From NCBI RefSeq assembly GCF_009914755.1, contig NC_060945.1: DNA of 64,000 nucleotides. The stretch is one strand, 5' to 3'. The stretch comes from the human T2T-CHM13v2.0 reference genome, Homo sapiens. The notes under the pieces were generated by a model, which had not been told where the DNA came from, made no database searches, and worked only from the letters and a program-made list of their open reading frames with translations. The translations under genes were made by a program, and so were the position numbers. This document shows, in pieces, positions 55,749-64,000 of this stretch; the stretch's first letter is position 1; each line of letters begins with the position of its first letter.

Positions 55749-56809
55749 AATATGCTGCTGAAAACAAAGTATTTTCATATTCAAATATTTTTAGAAAAGA
55801 CCAGGCTGATGTGTGATTGTGTTATGGTTAAATGAAGTGTGCAATAATTATCAAAATTATGCATCTGTTAGGTTCTTAACTGCTGTGCACTTTATTCTGT
55901 TTACTTTTACAGTTTAAGCACTTTCACAAGGAAATAGACATTATTGTGATGTGACTAGGGAAAAACTCATAAACTAGTGTCTTTACAGAATGATTGAATC
56001 TAATTTTCCTGGCTAAAGTAGTCGTTAATATTCTCCATTGCTTAAGACAGTTTAAAAGAGAACATTTTATTTAAAACATGCATTTATCTTACATTTATTT
56101 TAATAAAGGTATATTTAGGTTTGCTCACATAATACTAAATATGGTGAAGTTCTGTAGATTTGGAAAACCGTTAGCTTAAATTAGCAACCATAGATTAGAG
56201 ACATTAAATACCTTAAAGAAACTTATCTCTTGAAAATAAAATGTCCATAGATAATTAAAATGTAGAATTTTTAAATAAGAATCAATAAGAAAATATTCTT
56301 ATTTGTAAAATACTATATATTCCTTGAATAGTATATTTTCAAAGAAGTAGCATGAATTCTTGTGATTCTGCACAGGTGTATTGTACAAGAAATAGCATTT
56401 TTTTTTGCTAGACATATCCATAATGTGATCCCCATAACAGGCAAGTACAAGTGAAACATTACATAAAAGTAAAATTAAATTTTAAAATACACCTGAATGC
56501 TTTTGTTGCTTGCTTGAAGTTTGGATAGATGTTCTATAGGCAGTGTTCACTCTTCTCATGTAGCATATACTTAAGACCAGCCTTCATTTTGCTCTGCGTG
56601 TTCTCTACAATTGCATAATACATTGTGCTAGGAAAAATTTAACAAAATGATGTTTCATTATGTCAAAAACTATGGAGAGTATTTTTTTTAATCACAAAAT
56701 ATTTTGCCACAACACCACACCTGGGAACACAGAATGCTTTCTATCTAATGTCTCATGCTATTTAATCAGAAAAAAAGGATGCTCTTATAAGAATATATTC
56801 AATGAAATA

Positions 56810-56930
56810 TTAATTAATTTATTCACCGACTACTTATTGAGTTCCTCCCGTGGGCCATACATTATTCCAAAAGTGTCTGCAAGTAACTCCCTGAGACAGA
56901 CAGGATCTTGTTTGCATTGAAGCTCCTTCT
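56810..56930 (-). mobile_element. L2 3' end
   Basis: TTTATTCACCGACTACTTATTGAG resembles the antisense L2 tail. Confidence 0.55.
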
Positions 56931-58237
56931 CTTTTTCCTTCTTCCTCTTCTCCTCTTTCATATCCTAAGTGGTAGATAAGCAGATAAATTTGATTGTTTG
57001 ATTTCCTTGGTTTTCTCTTCTATTTTTTCCTTGTTTTGATTTTATTAAACTGCTGTTTTTATTATTCTATCTACTCAATCTACTTTGAGATTCATTTGAT
57101 TTTATTTTTCTAGATTCTTAATTTGTAAACTGAGCTCAACAATGTAAGAACTTTCTTCTTTTTCTCCCAAGTGCTTAGTGCTACAATATTTCCTGAGTGC
57201 TGTGTCCTCTACTTCCCGCAAATTTTGATATGTTGAATTTTAATTTTCTTTCAATTCAAAATACATTTTAATTTCCCATTTGATTTTTTACTTGAACTCT
57301 TGAATTGTTCAGAAGCATTATTTACTATCTAAATATTTGATGATTTTCCAGATATTGTTCTGTTATTGATTTAAATGGAATTTCTTTGTAGTTGGAGAAC
57401 ATACTGTGTATGACTTGAATACTTTTAAATTTACTGAGATTTGTTTTAGGTAATAAAATCTGGTCTACATTTTAAACAGTGCTTTTCTACTGTACCTAAG
57501 TGAAGTGTTTCATAAATATCAATTAGGTCAAATTGATAGTATTGTTTAAATTTTCTACATATTTAGTAACCTTTTTCATAATTTTTCTATTGAGAAAGGA
57601 TGTTTAAAATCTGATTATAATTTTAGATTTTGTATTTCTCTTTACATTTTTATCATTTTCCTTGATTAATTTTAAAACTCTGTTTTAGATTGATAAGTAT
57701 TAATAAATGTTATGTCATTTTTAATTGACCCTGTTATTTTCAAATGACTCTCTTTTGTCTGGCAATCTTCCTTGTTCTAAAAATGGTTTTCTCTTATATC
57801 GATAGTTATCCCAGCTTGCTTTTCCTTAGTGTTATCAGGTGATATATTTTTTATTGTTTTGTTTTAACCAATTTGTTTCATACATTAAAGTGGGAGCAAG
57901 CATATGCTAAGTCTTGCTTTTTCATCCAATCTGAAAAGTTATGCCCTTTAATTGAGATGTTCAGACCATTTGCATTATTGTGATTATTGACATGGGTATT
58001 AATTTTCTATTACTATTATAACAAATCACCACAAATTTGGCGCCTTAAAGCAACCCAAATTTATTATCTTATATTCAGAAAGTCAGAAGTCATGGGAACA
58101 ACATGCTGACAGGGCTGCATTCCTTCTGGATGTTCTAGGAAAATGTTTCTTTGGCTTTTCCAACTTCTAGGGACTGCATGTACTTCTTATCTCACGACCC
58201 TGTCTTCCATTTTCAAATCCATCACTTAAATATCTTA

Positions 58238-60815
58238 AGAAAAGCTGGTACCATTTCTACTGAAACTATTTCAAAAAATTGCAAAGGAGGAACTCCTTCC
58301 TAACTCATTTTATGAGGCCAGTATCATCATGATACCAAAACCTGGCAGAGATACAACATAAAAAGGAAACTTCAGGATAATATCCCTGATGAACATTGAT
58401 GCAAAAATCTTCAATAAAATACTAAGAAACAGAATACAGTGGCTCATCAAAAAGCTTATCCACCATGATCAAGTTGGCTTCATCCCAGGGATGCAAGATT
58501 GGGTCAACACGCACAAATCAATAAATGTGATTCATCACATAAATGGAACTAAAGATAAAAACCATATAATTATCTCAATAGATGCAGAAAACGACTTCAA
58601 TAAAATTCAACATCCATTCATGTTAAAGTCTCTCAATAAACTAGGTATTGAAGGAACATAGCTAAAAATAGTAAGAGCCATACATGACAAACCTGTAGCC
58701 AATAACATACTGAATGGGCAAAAGCCAGAAGCATTCCCCTTGAACACTGGCATAAGAAAAGAATGCCCTCTCTCACCACTCCTATTCAAGATAGTATTGG
58801 AAGTTCTGGCCATGGCAATCAGGCAAAAGAAAAAAATAAAGGAAAAAAGTAGGAAAAGAGGAAGTAAAGTTATCTTTGTTTGCAGATGACATATATAGAA
58901 ACCCGCATCGCCTCAGCACAAAAGCTTCTTAAGCTAATAAGCAACTTCAGCAAAGTCTCAGGATATAAAATGAATGTGCAAAAATCACTAGCATTCCTAT
59001 ACACCAACAACAGGCAAGCAGAAAACCAAATCATGAATGAACTCCCATTCACAATTGCTAGTAAAAGAATAAGACACCTGGAAATACAGCTAGCAAGGGA
59101 AATGAAGGACCTCTTCAAGAATTATAAACCACTTCTCAAAGAAATCAGAGAGGACACAAACAAATAGAAAAATATTCCATGCTCATGGATGAAAAGAATC
59201 AGTATTGTTAAAATGGCCCTACTGCCCTAAGCAATTTATAGATTCCATGCAATTCCCATTAAACTAACATTGACATTCGTCACAGAATTAGAAAAAAATA
59301 TTTTAAAATTCATATAGAACCAAAAAAGAGTCTGAATAGCCAAGACAATCCTAGGCAAAAAGAACAAAGCTGGAGGTTATCACGCTACCCAACCTCAAAC
59401 TATACTTACTACAAGGCTACAGTAATTAAAAGAGCATGGTACTGGTACAAAAACAGACACATAGACCAAAGCAACAGAATAGAAAACTCAGATATAAGAC
59501 CACATACCTTCAAACATCTGATTTTTGACAAACCTGACAAAAACAAGCAATGGGGAAAGGATTCCCTATTCAATAAATGGTGTTGGGAGAACTGGCTAGC
59601 CACACGCAAAAAAAAAAAAAAAAAAAAAAAAAAAATGAAACTAGACTTCTTCCTTACACCTTATACTAAAATTAACTCGAGACTGATTAAATACTTAAAT
59701 GCAAAACTCCAAACTATAAAAACCCTGGAAAACAACCTAAGCAATACCATTCAGGACAAAAACACCAAAAGCAATTGGAGCAAAAGCAAAAATTGACAAA
59801 TGGGATCTAATTAAAAAGAGCTTCTGCCCAGCAAAATAAACTATCATCAGAGTGAACAGACAATCTACAAAACAGGAGACAATTTTTGCAACCTATCCAT
59901 CTGACAAAGGCCTAATACCTAGAGTCTGTAAGAAACTTTAACAAGTTTACAAGAAAAGTGGGCAAAGGACACGAAAAGACACGTCTCAAAAGAAGACATA
60001 TATGCAACCAACCAATATATGAAAAGAAGCTCAACATCACTGATCATTAGAGAAATGCAAATCAAAACCACAATGACACAGTATCTCACACCAATCAGAA
60101 TGGTGATTATTAAAAAGTCAAAAAAACTGATGCTGGCTCAGTTGTGGAGGAAAAGGAACACTTTTATGCTATTGGTGGGAGTGTAAATTTGTTCGATCAT
60201 CATGGAAGACTGTGGCGATTCCTCAAAAATCTAGAGGCAGAAATTCCATTTGACCCAGGAGTCCCATTACTGAGTATATATCCAAAGGAATGTAAATCAT
60301 TCTATTATAAAGATACATGCATGTGTATGTTTATTGCAGCACTATTCACAATAGCAAAGACATGGAATCAACCCAAATGCCCATAAATAATAGACTGAAT
60401 AAAGAAAATGTGGTACCTATACACATGGAATACCATGCGGCCATAAAAAGGAATGAGATCATGTCCTTTGCAGGAACATGGATGGAGCTGGAAGCCGTTA
60501 TCCTCAGCAAACTAATGCAGGATCAGAAAACCAGCATCACATGTTCTCACTTATAAGTGGGAGCTGAACAATGAGAACACAGAGAGAGGAACAACACACA
60601 CTGGGCCCTATCACGGGGATGGAGTAGGGGCGAGGGAGAGCATTAGGAAGAATAGCTAATGAATGCTGGGCTTAATACCTAGGTGATGGGTTGATCTGTG
60701 CAGCAAACCACCAAGGCACATGTTTACCCATGTAACAAACCTGCACATCGTGCATGTGTACCCCTGAACTGAAAAGTTGAAGATTAAAAAAATGAAATCA
60801 AATGAACAAAAGTAA
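58238..60815 (+). mobile_element. 5'-truncated L1PA (L1PA8A-12-like), ~2.6 kb
   Basis: ORF2 RT remnants ([12 protein letters not shown]...[12 protein letters not shown]); 3'UTR GGGCTTAATACCTAGGTGATGGGTTGATCTGTGCAGC. Confidence 0.93.
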
Positions 60816-60826
60816 AGAATCTTTAA

Positions 60827-60847
60827 ATCTCTCTCTCCCTTTCTCTG

Positions 60848-60882
<35 letters not shown>

Positions 60883-60890
60883 AACACATA
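60827..60890. repeat. Compound (CT)n(CA)n microsatellite
   Basis: Direct reading. Confidence 0.9.
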
Positions 60891-62569
60891 CCTATGCTTC
60901 TGTTGTCATGTTGCTTCTCTGACATTGAAACTTCTCTCTCTCTCTTACAAACTTGTGATTACACTGAGCTCAACTTAATAATTCAGGATAATCTCCCTCT
61001 CTTAAAATCATTAACTTAGACATATATGCAATGTTCTTATTGCCATGTAAAATAACATATTTACTGGTTATGGGAATTAGGACATCACATCTTTGTAAAG
61101 CAAATATTCTGTCTACCATTTTGCTATTTTTTTCTTTTTGTGTCTTCATTCCTTTTTTTTTCTTTCCTCTTTTTGTAACGTTCTTTGGGTTTAAATATTA
61201 TTCTATTCATTTTATCTAGTTCATCACCTTTTCCAGGTTATTAGCTATAGCACTTTGCATTATTTCTGTGGTTACTCTAAGGTTTATAGTATGCAGCTTT
61301 AAGTTGTCACAATATACCTTCAAGTTTTGCATGAAGTCTCTTACAAAAGTGTATTTCCATTTCTCCCTACCAAGTTTTGTGATGTTCCTGGTACATATGT
61401 TTTAGACTCTAAAAATACCATTAGTATTTTTACTTTAAACGATCAATTAAGGATAAGAGGTAAAAGTTCTTATAGCAATCCATGTAGCTACCATTGACAG
61501 TACTCTTTATATATCCAGGTTTCTATCTGCTACCATTTTCTTCTGTTTTAAGGACTCCTTAAAATATACTATAGTGCATATCCACTGGTGATGAAGTCTT
61601 TAAGTTTTTATATATTAAGCAAAGTTTTTCACTTTCTTTTTGAAATATATGTTCACTGGGTAAATAAATACAGGGAAACAGGTTTTATTTTGGCTTTTCA
61701 ATGATACAGATATAATTGGATGAAATAATAATTTTGCTATGTTTCATTTTGTTTAGACTCTTTCAAAATTCTTATTTTTAAAGTATTTTAAGATTTTTCT
61801 ACTAATTTATTATGACTGTCATTTTGTTTTGGTTATTTTTGGTTAATTTTATATTTTTCTTAACTATGAGTTGTATTTCTCTGCCTTTTTGAATGTCAGG
61901 TAATTTTGAGTGCATACTAGATAATGTGAATTTACCCTGTTGGGTGCTAAATATTTGCTTTGCTAAATAAATATTCTTGAGACTATTGGGGGATTCAGTT
62001 AAGTTACTTAAAACCAATTCGATTCTCTTGAGTATTTATGCTTTGCTTATGCAGTGTTCACTTTGTCTCTGGCTAATTTTTTGTGGGTACCAAAGTAAGG
62101 CCCTTCTTACTTGTCACGTGTGTTTTGGCACAGTTACTTCTAAGCATTTCAGGCAATTTTTCCCTGGCCTCAGGTGAATTTCTCTTACATGTATCTGAAT
62201 CTATACTCAGATCTGTAAGGTATGATGAGAAATTTGCACATCCGCAATGTCTTTTCTCTGCACAGCTTTTTGTTCGTTGGCATGTTGGTTTTGTGACCTA
62301 CAAACTCGAGACACATTGGCTTCCCTGGATTACTATCTCAGTCTCCTCAATTCAGGGAGTACTTCCTGGGTTCCTCCTCTGTATGTCATAGCCTGGATTC
62401 TTTCTGGCTAGTAAGCTGGGAAATTTTTAGGTTTCGGTTGGTTTGCTCATTGACGCTTAGCGATTATTAGATTTACTTATTATTTATCCAATATCTTTGA
62501 ACAATTTTTTTCATATATTTATGTTGGTTTTCAGTTGTTTCAGATGGGAATTTGGTCCCTGTTATTGCA

Positions 62570-63135
<566 letters not shown>

Positions 63136-63924
63136 CTTAGACTGACTAGCAAAAGTATTCTCTTGTCTCAGTGATGTAAAATAAAATATATTTTGGTGTT
63201 TTTGTTTATAAAAATTGAAGAAATGAATTCATTAAGTCAAGAGGTGAGAATCCGGAACCAAGCACTAAATTAATTGTTCCACACTAGGAGCTAATACCTA
63301 GAAGATACATTCCATATAGAGCACCATCTGATTAAGCTCATGAAGCAAAAGGTAGAGAAGATAATGATGAAAGAGGAAGCAGAACCATAAACATGGACAA
63401 CTATAAAAATTATGTGATGAAATCTACATGTTCAAGACCCTAAGGTGTTAAATATAACAGTGTTTATAAGTGAAGCATTTTTAAATTCATAAATATTCCT
63501 ATTTGCTGTGTTGCAGAGAATGTATTTAAGGTTTTTGAAGAAACCAAGTGAGACTCAGCACATAAATTATAATCTAGGGTGACTTAACATAGGTTGCTTT
63601 TTAAGAGGTTCAGCATATTAAAAATTTGATTAAAAATTACAAGAAACAACATGAATGAATTGATGACTGATTATATACATACAGTAGAAGAACAAAAGGA
63701 AGTCTCAGGTACATTTGAGGAACATCACTGCTGGTAATTCTACTTATGGAGATGAGAAAGGTAGATTGGTTTTTCCTTTATGAAAGTTAGGGGTATTGAA
63801 TTTGGGCTTTGATGAAGGACAATTAGTGACACCCCTGTGTAGATAGATACCCCTTGCTATATAACAAATTATCATGAATATTTGTATCTCAAAAATAAAT
63901 ATTCATTTTAATTAATAACACACC

Positions 63925-64000
63925 TGTATTAGGTATCTATTGTATGTAAAATATTAACCACAAAAATAGTGTCTTTAAATAACAATAAACATATTTGTCT
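63925..64000 (-). mobile_element. MLT1-type LTR end, running off the window
   Basis: TGTATTAGGTATCTATTG...CACAAAAATAGTGTCTTTAAATAACAATAAACAT. Confidence 0.5.

Larger units (their letters stand above)
57996..61118 (-). mobile_element. MLT1 (C/D-like) LTR split by an L1 (parts 57996-58236 and ~60895-61118)
   Basis: TAACAAATCACCACAAATTTGG...CAGGGCTGCATTCCTTCTGGA; resumes TAATTCAGGATAATCTCCC...ATTCTGTCTACCA. Confidence 0.85.
56990..62560 (-). mobile_element. Old L1M host (parts 56990-57995 and 61120-62560) split by MLT1 and L1PA
   Basis: AAATTTTGATATGTTG, TTTAAATTTACTGAGATTTGTTTT, TCCAATCTGAAAA; continues after 61118. Confidence 0.7.

Overview
AT-rich primate genomic DNA. AluY/AluS/AluJ, L1PA, THE1 and LTR12 elements point to a catarrhine, probably human-like, genome. 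The window looks like a gene desert or deep intron: I found no CpG island and no protein-coding exon, RNA gene or gene symbol I can support. The longer ORFs in the track come from repeats (L1 ORF2 remnants, Alu frames, ERVL pol remnants, microsatellites). Roughly half or more of the window is nested transposable-element debris: about 16 Alus, several L1PA/L1PB and old L1M pieces, L2/MIR, MaLR/ERVL/ERV1 LTRs, and MADE1, MER82, MER30 and MER5A. The most unusual items are: (1) a decayed ERVL pol segment at 33.3-36.6 kb bracketed by two related LTRs in inverted rather than direct orientation, with nested MLT2 and THE1 insertions; (2) an unexplained ~114-nt stem-loop at 40.1-40.2 kb with splice-like signals on both strands; (3) a twin-primed inverted L1; (4) a retained LTR12 promoter core; (5) a candidate CTCF site; (6) several local duplications and palindromes. 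I cannot support a claim of a new biological system. Subfamily names come from recalled consensus features and need RepeatMasker/Dfam confirmation.
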